Origin: Diplonema japonicum
Lineage: Eukaryota > Protista > Euglenozoa: Diplonemea
Direction: 5' to 3'
NCBI GenBank assembly: GCA_964019335.1
Contig: OZ025658.1
Span: 682,001 to 746,000, forward strand
DNA: 64,000 nucleotides
Part shown: positions 1 through 11,371 of the stretch, piece after piece
Position numbering within the stretch: position 1 is the stretch's first letter
How the letters are laid out: each line of letters opens with the position of its first letter
Notes under the pieces: generated by a model
What the model saw: only the letters and a program-made list of their open reading frames with translations
Database searches by the model: none
What the model was told of the DNA's origin: nothing
Translations under genes and position numbers: made by a program

Positions 1-507
1 TCCTCTTCCCCCCTTATGTGTCCCTTGTAGTGAACAGATTTTCTATCTTTTTCTTCCCCCTCCCTTTCCCCCCTTTTTTTCCCTGTCCCTTTTGGTGCTA
101 CCCGCACATAAAGGAGGGCAACATTGAAAGAAAAGAAAAAAAGGAGTTATCTTCTGTATTCTTTTTGAGGTGTCCCCTCCCCCCCCCCCCCCCCCCCTTT
201 TACCCCTTCTTTTCTACCTTTTTTTTATCTGGAAGAAATAAAAAAAAAAAAAAACATAAATGCTCATTTATTTTAATCCCCTCCACAACCACTTTACTTT
301 TTTTTTTTTACACCCCCACCCACAATTTTAAAAAAATGTTTTCATACCCCTCCCCTCACCAACGCTCGGGTTTTTTATTATTGTCCCCCTACCCGTTAAT
401 TTTTTCTTCTTTTTTTTTTCTTTTTTTTTTAATTCTGCAAAAAAAAAAAGTGCGAAGAAAAAAGGAAAAAAAAAAAAAAAAAAGCGACAAAAAAAAATGC
501 TTGTAAG

Positions 508-1692
508 ATGACAAACACCATAAAAACACCGCTGTCACTTTACATCTTTCTATGCTGCTTTCTCTGCTGCGCGATCCCATCCACCGGAAGCAGCTGCGAC
601 AAAGCCACCCTCCCCACCGTTCAAAGCGCAACCATCACAGGCTGCGACGACGAAGTAGTGGACCAGGGGGACTCGTGCGCGTACACCCGTACAAATTACA
701 TATGCGACACAATTCAGTGCATGGGCAACGGAACCTGGAATCTTGACAAACCAGGATGTCAAAGGGAAAACCAACCCATCGGTGCCTACGCAGAATTTGT
801 TGTTAACGTACCAAAGTCCGCCGTGGCAACCTCTGAAATGAAATCCATAATGGAGACGGCACTGGGGAGCCCGTACGAGGTGACAAGGGTACAGACAATT
901 TCCATCTCACCGACCATTACAAAGGTAAGGGTCGAGTACCTGATCCCGATGGCGGACAGGACCTACAACACCATGTCACAGGAGATAAATACGAAGATAG
1001 TTTCCTCGCCGGAGCTCATTGCGAAATACATGACAATAACAGATTTGAAAATAGATGAAATTGAATCGGACGATGTACCTAACCCGCCTACTGCTGGAAC
1101 GAACCCAAGCCCGGATGGAGCTTCGCCTGGAACACCCTCACAGGGTACCGGTGGGAACACCCCTTCGTCGAAAAACGTTCCTGCCGACTCTTCTGATTCA
1201 ACTGATAATTTCCCTTGGATCATCCTTGCAGTTTGCATTGGTGTTGTTTTGTTGTTGGTTTTTCTATGTGTTGCATATAAAATGTTAAATGGGGGTGGTG
1301 ATGAGGATGACAATTCAGGGCTTTCCGTTCCCAGGGAGCTTGGTTCACCGTTGGAAGGAGGATGTCCTTCTCCTGTGGTGTCTTCTACGCCTTATAGACG
1401 AAGGAAGGTTTCTCTTCCGCCGTTGCGGCCTGTTACCACTTACGAAACGGTGCCTGGGGATCCTATTACGCCGACGCTGACGCCGGCAGGGACGCACACG
1501 ACCACCACCGCCACCCAGCCCCCGAGGTCTGTTACTATTATCGAAGGGAACGATATTCAAATGGTTGAGTTCCCTGTTGGTCCCGGTGGTAGGGGGCAGC
1601 ACCTCCAGGGCGATGTGAGCAATTTGTCGATTTCACAAAGGAGCTTCGGGTCCACGTTAGGCTTCTCGAGGAACGGAAGGGAAATGGGGTAT

Positions 1693-1742
<50 letters not shown>

Positions 1743-1843
1743 GAAGAAAAGAAAAAAAAAAAAAATGCAGGAGCAACAATCTTGCTACACCATTGACCCC
1801 GCATGCTGGAATCCCTCACCGGACAAAGGTTGTTACGTTCTAA
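508..1843 (+). CDS. Type I membrane protein (signal peptide, one sushi/CCP-like Cys module, Pro/Ser/Thr stalk, TM, low-complexity tail); join(508..1688,1771..1843)
   Basis: Hydrophobic N-terminus, C-x-C...W..P.C module and TM segment WIILAVCIGVVLLLVFLCVAY. Removing the GTATGT...TGCAG intron 1689..1770 replaces the poly-F/poly-K read-through with GSNNLATPLTPHAGIPHRTKVVTF*. Confidence 0.8.
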
Positions 1844-2025
1844 GGATGAGAGTTTTTTTTCTTTTTTTTATTTTTTTTTAAAAATAAGGAAATTAAGGAG
1901 GGGTCAGTTACACCTGCTAGTGTGACTGGGTATATATCTCCAACTCATTTCTTTGTTTATTTTTGTCTTTATTTATTTATTAAGATTTTTTTTTCCAATC
2001 TGTTTCTTTCCCTCTTTGTGGTCTG

Positions 2026-2078
<53 letters not shown>

Positions 2079-2240
2079 AACAAAACGAAACAAAACAAAA
2101 ATACATAAATTTATCTCGAGGGGCAAAGTGCCTTTCTTTCATCCCGCCTCTAGCATTCCAATCCTTTTGCGGTTCTTTGGAACATATATAAATTTAAAAA
2201 ATAAATTTTAAAAAATAATAACTATTGATTTTTAAATAAA

Positions 2241-2371
2241 TAAAGTGAACTTCCAGACACTGATATTCTATTCCGAGGGGGGGGGGGGGTATTTTTCCCT
2301 CACTTCGCTCGGGAAAAATATGATCCCGAGGGGATAGCATATCGGCCGAGGGAAGAATAAAATTCACTTTA
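2241..2371. repeat. Small palindromic element, possibly a non-autonomous DNA transposon remnant
   Basis: Terminal inverted TAAAGTGAA (2241-2249) / TTCACTTTA (2363-2371). Central perfect 10-bp stem TATTTTTCCC (2290-2299) / GGGAAAAATA (2311-2320). Three CCGAGGG direct repeats. Confidence 0.45.
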
Positions 2372-3446
2372 CTTTAATAATCCGGTATTTTTATTTTTAT
2401 GCCGGGGCTCTCAAAGGAAATACCTTGGGAGGGGAATAAAATAAAAATAAAAGAAATACCCGTGATAACAATGAAGAGCCACCATCCTCTTGGTTGTCAA
2501 CGAATTAAAAAAAAAAAGGTGAGAGATTAGTAAAAAGCCCTCCCCCCTTAATTTAAGAGTAGCATGAGGTTTTTTTTTTTCTTTTTTTTTTTCTTTTCCT
2601 TTCAGTTTTCCTCCCAATACACCCCTCATGTCCATCTTTGATTCTCACCAAAAAAAAGAAGAAAAAAAAAAAACTCTCCTGAACTAGTGGAAAGAATGAA
2701 TTAGAAAAATGGGAAGAAGAGTCCGGACAAGTTGCCCACCTTCCTTTTTTATCGATATTTCTTATACCCCCCCCCCCCCCCCCCCCGTTTCAAAAAAACT
2801 AGGCCGGCGAGCGCAAAAAAATCGCATACCTAAAAAAAAAACCCCCCGTCTATTGCCCCTAAGTAGGTGCGTTCACCTGTTGCCACACCTGGTCTAGGCA
2901 TATTTGAGAATTTCAGCCTGCGACATGGTTTAGAAGCGTTGGGCAGGAGAACAAAGGCTTGACTGTCAAGCGGCCCAGGCCAGCCAAAAAGATTTTTAAA
3001 AAATATTCTGTTCAGGTGACTATTGGTACAGTTGGCGCCTTAAACACCCCCCCCCCTTTTTTTTCTTTGAGTTTTTCTCTTAGCCGAACAGCTTATTTAT
3101 TTCGACACCGCGGGCGGGGGGGTGGCAATAGCTGGGGCTTTTTTTCTTCTTCTTTTTTATAGTTTTATTTTTCTGTCCAGTTTCCCGCCTTCATGTCACT
3201 CGGGTATTGGTGGGGGGAAAGAGTGACACTCTCATAAGTCTCGTTCTGCCCCCACCCCCCGTTGGCTTTCCCTCTTTTTTTCTTTTCTCGTGCTGTGTTT
3301 ATTGTTATGTACACTTTTTTTTTGGGGGGGAAAAGGAAAGAAAAAAAAAAGTGGGGGAAAATGGGGTGAGAAGAACGGGGGGAAAAAAAAGAAATACAGT
3401 GAAAAAAAACTTTTTTTTGCTTCGTCTTTTTTTTTTTTTTTTAAAA

Positions 3447-5230
3447 CCATTAAACCCACATGTCATATATATATGACATAAAAAAAAAAAAGAAAAAATC
3501 TATAGGCCCTTTGGTCAAATTATGACCTTTCTTTCACTTTTCTGACGCCATTGCGCGATTTTTTCCACTTTGTTTGGCTAAATGCTGCCCTTTTTCAGCA
3601 TTATTTTAAGAATTTGAGAGGTCGAAAATCCGGGAAAAAATGATTTTAGAATGAAGAATACTCGACTGGAGCAGAGGGCTGGTCGTGAGTGATGAAGAAT
3701 GCGAAGAAATGTCAGAAAATGGTAGTTCTGAGTCTAGTAGTGCTTGGGGGGAGGAAAGTGTGGAAGAATTGGAGGAAATGGGGTGGAAAGAGGCAGTGTA
3801 ATCGAACCAGCCCAACAGGGAAGAGCCCTCTCCAGCTTTTTTATTCGTTTTTTTACACCATACACCCTCCGATGCCTGACAGCATTCACAAACAACCACC
3901 TGGAGCGCCGCAAAATCGACAAAAGAGTCACGGAAGCCGAAATCGGAGCGTTAATGGACCTCACCATCCGTCCCAACTTCCGTGACTACTGGAAAACCGA
4001 TCCTGACTCCATTATGCATACTCAGGGGTTTGCGCGCGTCATGTCCGGAAACCGGTTTGAGCTGTTCTTTGGAAACATATATCTGTGCAAGGGCCCATCC
4101 CGGGACCTGATCGAGATGAGATCAGCCCGGCATGACAAACTCTACAAGGCCCGCTGGCTGGTTGAAGCTGCGATGCAGCGTTGGGGAAAGGCCTCCCGGA
4201 CTATCAAGGAACGGGGGCAGGTGATGAAAAGGGGAGAGTTCCGTGTGTTCCAACGAAACAGGCCCGGCATGCACTTTTCTTTTGTGGCAGGGAGGAAAGC
4301 TTGTGCTTCTCCTGAGCGCACCCCCTTTCAAGCCAAAGATGACCGCCACTCGTCAAAGATGGGTCGGCAAGGCAAAGAAAAAGTCCAGGGTCGCCTTTCC
4401 CGTTCCAAAGGTCGTTGAAACCTACACCTCCCTTATGGGTGTAGATGGGAACGACGCTGCCACCCAACGCAACACAATGTAGTCCAAAGCCGCCGGTGGC
4501 AGATGAAAATTTAAGGTTCCTGCTTGACAAAAGCCTCTTCAACTGCTGGGTACTTGCGAAGAGCGTCAATTCCCCTATCAAGTTCAATGAACTGGAAGAA
4601 TGCATCGCACACGGCCTCTGTAAATGCATGGGCAAAGAACCTGCACCATCGAGACCACAAGACTCGAAGGATGAAAGGTTTGACCGCATCAAAGGGCATT
4701 TTCCTGCAAAGATTAGCATAATAGGTGCGTAGTCCATCATTGCATGGGTCCCAGAAGGTCCTCTGGCTATGAACGTTCCACCTGTGGCAAGTGCCTCTAT
4801 TCCACACCTTGCTTTTGGCTTTACACCTGAACGAAGACATCACCGAGGATGATCTTCAGAAGCCCGAAACACCGACAAGTACCAGAAACTCACTGATGGA
4901 CCCCCGGACCCCCTCCACTGGCCAGAGAGGTGTGAAACGCAAGCTAAATCTGGGCTAGAATAGTGTTACAAGGGGGTTTTTAGTGCATTTTATTATTATT
5001 TATTTTGCACTTTTTCCTACTCCTCTTCCCCCCCTTACCAAAAAGGGTGTTGGGTCAAAAATCATAAGTTCAAAAGCCAGTTCAGGGGAACCCTGATACA
5101 TGAATGTCTCCAGAGGTTATTTCTCCATAAAAAGAACACTTTGTATGGTTAAATGCTGCCATTTTTTTGAATTCTTTGGAATCGCCTCAAAAATGGGCTT
5201 TTTTCGGTTTTTTGCCTGTGGGCTTAATGG
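3447..5230 (+). mobile_element. Decayed piggyBac DNA transposon
   Basis: 14-bp TIRs CCATTAAACCCACA (3447-3460) / TGTGGGCTTAATGG (5217-5230), 13/14 match. TTAA follows the right end and TTAAAA precedes the left end. Subterminal palindrome TGTCATATATATATGACA. Transposase remnant inside. Confidence 0.9.
3640..4830 (+). pseudogene. piggyBac transposase pseudogene (frameshifted, catalytic core deleted)
   Basis: Motifs spread over several frames: VTEAEIGAL..RPNFRDYW..VMSGNRFE..DKLYKARWL; LLWQGGKLVLLLS..VPKVVETYTSLMGVDGND; RFLLDKSLFNCWVL; GHFP plus a Cys-rich C-terminal remnant. The segment that should carry the first two catalytic Asp is absent. Ends approximate. Confidence 0.85.
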
Positions 5231-5289
5231 TTAAACTTATATTGACCTCCCCCCGCCCCTCCCTCCACTTCCTTCATCATTCCAATAGC

Positions 5290-5319
<30 letters not shown>

Positions 5320-5323
<4 letters not shown>

Positions 5324-6096
5324 GAAGCCCGCAAACGGTTAAAATTGAACTGAAGACGGTGGGGGAGAGGGAAAGCCCGGGGAGAAAGGGCCCCCGTCTG
5401 TGGGACCACCACGTGTACCCAACGGCGCCGATTCCTCCTTACAACCCGTTGATGGACAGATTCCTCAGGAGCCACTACGAAAAGGGCGAGGTGCGGGTGC
5501 AGCTGATGGACAACAATGTGATCAGCTGGGACGGGAGGATCCTTGTGGAGAACACAACGAAGCTGAACGTCATCAGCCAGGAACTGGACGGCGCGGCTGC
5601 GGTGGATGATATGCGAAAAAAAGAAGCAAAATACGAGGAGGCGAAACTGCAAAAAAAAAAAGAGTTCATAAAAGACCAGCGGAGGAAGATCCAGCGAGTC
5701 ATGCGTAGGCGCACCGTGGAGCAGGTACGCAGGAAAGCACAACAAGCACGAAATGCAAGTTTCCTCCCAGCTGAAGTGACTCCTCGGCGAGCTGCATCTA
5801 AACCAGCGACCCCTGTCCCACCACCCCCTGTCAGTTGTAAAAGTTTCACACAGCGGAACCGCAACAGCACGGCCTTCGACTCTAGTGCACGCTCACCTGT
5901 TCTTGCCAACGATGCCTCCTTCGCCTTCGGCTTCGACCGCACGGACAATTCCTCTGTTGGGACGTCTTCCAGGAATTCTTCTTCTTCCGCTGCTAGTTCC
6001 GTGTTCCTGCCGAGGAGCCCATCGAAGAAAGCGGGACATTCTGTTATCAGCAGCGATCCTAATGAGGAGGAGGATGCCTACGATGACGGGGTGTGA
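5320..6096 (+). CDS. Hypothetical protein with an ERICH3-like N-terminal motif and coiled coil (possibly flagellar)
   Basis: ATG directly after an A-run and a clean ORF. PYNPLMDRFLRSHY..VRVQLMDNNVISWDGRIL resembles, from memory, the YN-L-D-HL...L...GLI...GRIL motif of ERICH3-type proteins. Product call tentative. Confidence 0.7.
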
Positions 6097-6470
6097 AAAA
6101 GGGGAAGGTGCCTGCGGCTCTCGCGGAGTTTGCATGTGACATCGCATTTCTTTTTTTTTATAGAAGAGGTTTTACAACCCTTTTTTTTTATTTGTTGTGT
6201 AACACAATTCCCACTTCATATCCCCTACAATTTTTTTTTTTTTTTTATCCTCTTGTAATATCATTTCAACCACCTCCGCAGGACCCGAAAGAAAAAAGAA
6301 AAAAAAAAGAAGAGAAAAAAAAAAACGAACCTAAATGCAATAAAAAAAAATAAAAATAATAAAAAAAAAAACTATTTAAAAAAAAAAAATAAATAGAATT
6401 TAAAAGAAGGAAGAAAGAAGAAGAAGAAGAAGAAAAAAGCGAACTCTTCAAATTTTAACAAAAAAAAAAA

Positions 6471-7331
6471 ATGAAAATAGTAAACAGCTCAGAAGCACAC
6501 CCTGAAATCAAGTCATTGGGCTTCGAAGTGGTGAAGAGATTGGGGAAAGGCAGCTACGGGCAAGCATGGGTTGTCCAGAACAGGGAAGACGGGTGCAGGT
6601 ACGCTATGAAGGAAATAACAAAAGGAAAGTACCAAGAAACTGAAATCGGTGTTCTACAAAGAGTGCGAGGGCACCCCAATATTGTGGAATACTGGGGACA
6701 TTTCAAGTCTGCTGGTCAGGGCTCCATATACCTTCTCATGGAGCACGTTCAGGGAGGCACCTTAACCGACAGGGTCCAATGGCAAAAACGGAAAAAAAGA
6801 AAGTTCAAGGAACGGCTCATAACCATGTGGGCGAAAGAACTCGCAGAGGGCCTAGCACACATCCACGGGATGGGTGTCATCCACAGGGACATCAAATGTG
6901 AAAATGTGTTTTTGACACTTGACAACAATGTCAAAATAGGTGATTTTGGAATGTCCTGTACCCCCTTGCCCCGGAAGCGGTCGTACACTGTCTGTGGTAG
7001 TCCGTCCTTTATGTCTCCAGAGATGTGGACGGGTGAGGTGTATAGCGAGCTTACGGACATGTGGTCATATGGGATTGTGCTTTATGAACTTGTGTCTCTT
7101 AAAAAGCCTTTCCAAGGCACTACTCAGGCCGAGTTGAAGAGGGTTGTGACCACCCAGCTGTCGCCCCCGCCCCCCGCCTCTTACTCTGCCCCGCTTCGGT
7201 CGCTCATCACGGCGTTGCTCTCACCTGCGCCGGAGTCCCGTCCGGATGCCGCCCAGATCCCCTTTATTCTCGGGGCGTCCTCTTTTTCTGCTTCGCATTC
7301 TTGCTCGTCGGGAGAAGGCGGGTGGATATGA
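6471..7331 (+). CDS. NEK (NIMA-related) Ser/Thr protein kinase
   Basis: LGKGSYG, YAMKEI, HPNIVEY, HRDIKCENVFL, VKIGDFG, CGSPSFMSPE, DMWSYGIVLYELVSLKKPF. Confidence 0.92.
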   Translation: MKIVNSSEAHPEIKSLGFEVVKRLGKGSYGQAWVVQNREDGCRYAMKEITKGKYQETEIGVLQRVRGHPNIVEYWGHFKSAGQGSIYLLMEHVQGGTLTDRVQWQKRKKRKFKERLITMWAKELAEGLAHIHGMGVIHRDIKCENVFLTLDNNVKIGDFGMSCTPLPRKRSYTVCGSPSFMSPEMWTGEVYSELTDMWSYGIVLYELVSLKKPFQGTTQAELKRVVTTQLSPPPPASYSAPLRSLITALLSPAPESRPDAAQIPFILGASSFSASHSCSSGEGGWI

Positions 7332-7524
7332 AACAAGAAAAAAAAAAAAAAAAAGAAGAAGAAAAAAAAGAAACGAATTTTTTTTTTTTTTTTTTTTTTT
7401 TTGCTTTTCCTGAACCGATGCTAGTCTTTCTTGCCCGTCATTGAGAGGCGGATGGGGGGGAAGGGGGGGGGTGGGATGGGATGGGATGGGACAAAAAAGA
7501 AAGAAAAAATAGCAAATATTACTT

Positions 7525-9640
7525 TGTACTTTATTGGTGTCCGACCGTGCCAATAAAGTCAATATGAGGTGTGGCGCCTCATGGTGCAGGAGCTGCGGGG
7601 CAACGACAAGGAGTACACGAAGCTCCTTGAGGAAGGCACAGACTACGACGAGTACTGTGTCGCCCACTCGAAGGAACGAGCGCAGACCTGGTCTGTGTGC
7701 TGGCAGTGGCTAGGGCCACGCAGATGGACATCAACATCGCCACCTTCTCAGGGGACACCTTCATCGTCTACCCGGTGCCTGGGAAACCGAAGAAGGGACA
7801 GAAGCCGGTCCACATCGCCTTCGACGGGAATTCCTTCTTCGGCGTCATCGAGCCGAGGACACCGTCGGCACTGAAAGGGGTGACAGCTACGGACTTCACA
7901 AGTAGGGGTCCCCGTAGCGGATGGACAGAAGAAGGCGTGGACGGTGGTCGGCAAACCACAACGGAAAGCAAGGACGACGAAGAAGGAGGAAAGGGCGTGG
8001 AAGCTAGAAAGCGGCCAATACAACGTCCCTTTCGTAACGTGGGAGGAGTTACTTGAGGGCAAGGACGGGGTAGCGATGGCCAGTGAAAAGTGCGTGGAGG
8101 AGGCAGCAGGACAGGAGTGGCCTTATTGCTGAAGAAGGACGGTGAAGGAAGACACAAGCACGACATCGTTCTGCAAGATGGGAAGGCATACTCCAACAGA
8201 CGGATGTTCGTGCTATTACTATCCGGAAAAATAGAACGCGTCACAAGGGAGGACACACGGGACGTAAAGTTAGGGGAGCACTACAGCAGGGCGGTAATCA
8301 TACCGAAGGCATATGTACCTTCTTCACTGTGGGAGACGGCGGCGACGTCGCCAAGGAAGTGGCTGACAGAAGTCCTCAAGTTCGAGTCGATCATAGCAGT
8401 GTCCAAGGTGTCGAGCGGCCCGAACCCCCACGTAGACGCACTGGTGACGTTGCGAAGGTCGAGCTCGCCAACATGGTAAAGGGGTCCGGAAGCAAAGGGG
8501 TCTTCATCAAACCAAGGGATGGCAAGCCGCAGCCAGTTGCATGGCTGCCGAAAGAGACCACGCTGGAACAGGTGCTGAGCTTCGGCGAGGGAGTCCGACG
8601 GGAGACTAGGTGTCAGAACCACAGAAGAAGGGAAGATTCCGCTGCTTAGCCGAATACTCGGAGAGGAGACGAGGAAGAGCGGACAACCTTGTTGAACACG
8701 GTGGCAGCGCAGGGCATCAGACACTGTAGGGTGGACGGCTCAATTCTGGGCTCAGATCACCGCTGCTTGGCAGTGACCCTCGACGTCCCGGCCTTCCACC
8801 AGGAAGTCCTGAGATATGTGGTGCCGCAGGAGATCCCGAAGACAACGAAAGCGCCTGCCGCGGTGGCGGCAAACCTGGTGCAGGAGTCGAGATACAAGGA
8901 GTACATCGCAGCAAAGAAGCCGACAGAAGCGCTGACTGAAATCTCGAACATGGCGGAGACATACCTCTTACATGGGTACGAAGGACCATCACGAGGATCC
9001 TACACAGGGAGGGGAAACGTGCGGAGGCCAATACCCATGGAACTAAGCGCGAGGTCGACGGGGACGGCAGTCGGGGCTGCCCCCAACAGGCAGATACGGC
9101 TTGAGAAGCTCAAGAAGAAGATACGAGCAGGACGAGACAGGATATCGCGACTGCAGGAGGAAGGAGGCTGCGGAGTGATGTCGACAGAGACCCGTAACTT
9201 GTTGAGGAACATCTCAAAGCTAGGAGGAGAGCTGGGGATAGAACACTGCCGTGTGGACGACGCAGAGAGCGTAGACGTGATCCAGGAGGACCTAGAAGTG
9301 GCTGAATGCTTCACCGAGGGAGAGCTTGCTGACCTGATAACGAGCAGGAAAAGCAGCCTTCCCTGCGGACGGGGCAAAGAGGGTTAAGTCGCTCACAGCA
9401 ATCGGAGGCAAGGCTGCAATAGGCTTTAACAGGAGACCGATCTTCGCATCAAGACAGACAGCGCAAAAGCTACAGGAGTTGAAAGGGACATACAAGAAAG
9501 AACGCGTGTCGAGACTACGAGAAGCTTTAAAGGCGACAATAGGAACGAAGGCTATGCTCCAGAAGGGGAGCATTAATAGATAGGAACTCACACCACAAGA
9601 GGCTGTCCTCCAGTGGGATTGTCTTTTACTATGAGTTCTT
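7525..9640 (+). mobile_element. Decayed non-LTR (LINE-like) retrotransposon fragment with OTU-like and APE-endonuclease remnants
   Basis: About 2.1 kb that is homopolymer-free and purine-rich, with broken + strand ORFs. OTU-like: MVQELRGNDKEYTKLL..YDEYC / AVARATQMDINI..VHIAFDG. GSGSKGVFIK segment. GSDHRCLAVTL matches the C-terminal SDH motif of APE endonucleases. No RT motifs seen. Ends approximate. Confidence 0.65.
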
Positions 9641-10505
9641 TTTAGTTTTAGCATTAGTTACTATGAACCCCCTTTTTTTTTTCTTTTCTTTTCTTTTTTT
9701 TTTTTTCTTTTCGGGAAACGAATCTTTCACCTGTCTTAAACAAAAGGGGGGAGAATCGTTGAGCAACGTGGTTTTCTCCCCCCCCCCCCCCCCCCCGCCC
9801 CCACACACACACGTACGAACAACAGCCAGTTCCTCTTTTGTTTGTTGGTGGGTTCGTTGCTGGCATCCATATATCACTGTGAAATTTGTTTTTCACCTTT
9901 TTTCTTCTTCTTCTTTTTCTTATTTCTCCATTCTTCTTATTCCCACGGAACGAATAGCACATCTGGTGCAGAAAAAGCAAATAAAAAAGTGTAGGGGGGG
10001 GGGGGGGGGAGGAAAAGAGAGAAAAACAAATACAAATGCTATAAAGCTACTCCTGCCCATCATTAAAAAAAAAAAAAGAAATGCCGCATTCTAAGAAGGC
10101 AATCCCTAGGGAAGGAACCCCAGTGACTCCTATATTTTTTTTCTTTCTTGTTCCTCCCCATGAAATGGGCGTAGATGGGGGCCATTTTTTGCCCTCCGCC
10201 CCCCTTCCCCTTCTTTTTCTTTCCTCTTTCCTGATACCTTTTCCGGAAAACTCTTCTTCTTTCGCCGCTCTTTGCGATGATTGTGTTATTGATCCTTCTG
10301 TCACCCCACCCCCTTTTAGTTTTTTTTGCAAGAACAAATCTTTGGCTTGTTTAAACACAAGGGGAGACAAGGTGCATGCAGGTCATAAACTTTTTCTCCA
10401 GGTTTGTCACCCAGCACGTGCAAATAACAGCCAGTTCCTCATCCAGTTACTCTCTTTCTTTTGTGCCGGTGGAGTTTCACTCTTTTGTCTTCAATTGCAG
10501 TGAGC

Positions 10506-10547
<42 letters not shown>

Positions 10548-10684
10548 GAGAAAATAAAAAACAGCAAAATTGTTTATACTTATTTTCTTTTAGACGTGAC
10601 AAGAACTTTAAAAAAAAAAAAGAAGAAGGGGTGATGCTTTTGTTTCTTTCTTTTTCTTTCTAGCAATACGAATAGTAGTTTAGC

Positions 10685-10718
<34 letters not shown>

Positions 10719-11334
10719 CTCTTAGATTTCGTTTAGCTGGTTATTTTTTTTTTCTCGTTATTTCTGTTACCACCTCCCCACTCCGCCCCTCCTCCCAGAA
10801 TCTTTCCCCCCTCAGAATGGAAGAATTCTACAAATAAAAAAAAAAAAAAAAGAAGAAGCGTGCGTGAGAGACATAAACATGAGGACGAAAAAAAGAAAAA
10901 AGAACAAGAATAATACAAGAAGAAGAAGAAGGGAAAAAAAAAAAAAAAAAAAAAAAAACTAGCAACCGATAAGCTCTTTTCTGAGGCTTTATTTGTTTTT
11001 TTTTTTTTTAAAGATTTTGTCTCTTGAGAGCGAGTCTTGTCCCCCTTTTCTACTCCATTCCATGCTTCCTTCCTGCCCATTTCTTTTTCCCCCCCCTAAT
11101 ATCTTGTGTGAACTGTATCTCGTTTGTAACAATGTTGGCAGGTAGGAATAAAAGTCGAAGAACAAGCAATAGAGGAGGAAAGGGTGACCTCTCTCTCTCT
11201 CTCCCCCCCCCCCCTTTTTTATGTTTCCCGTTCCTTCCTGTTTGATCTCATTTTTTTTTATAGTTTTTTTATTAACCAAACAAATTCATTTCCCTTCCTT
11301 CCCCCCCAACCCCCTGTCCTCTTTGATGAGGCTT

Positions 11335-11371
<37 letters not shown>

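Noticed and set aside
2790-3043. Complex island ending in GGCGCC-TTAA, a possible Kolobok-like MITE end
   Set aside because: No matching opposite terminus was found in the window.
7525-7640. A functional SL RNA gene
   Set aside because: Only the last 12 nt of the exon match. The 5' exon part, the GTATG intron start and tandem organisation are absent.
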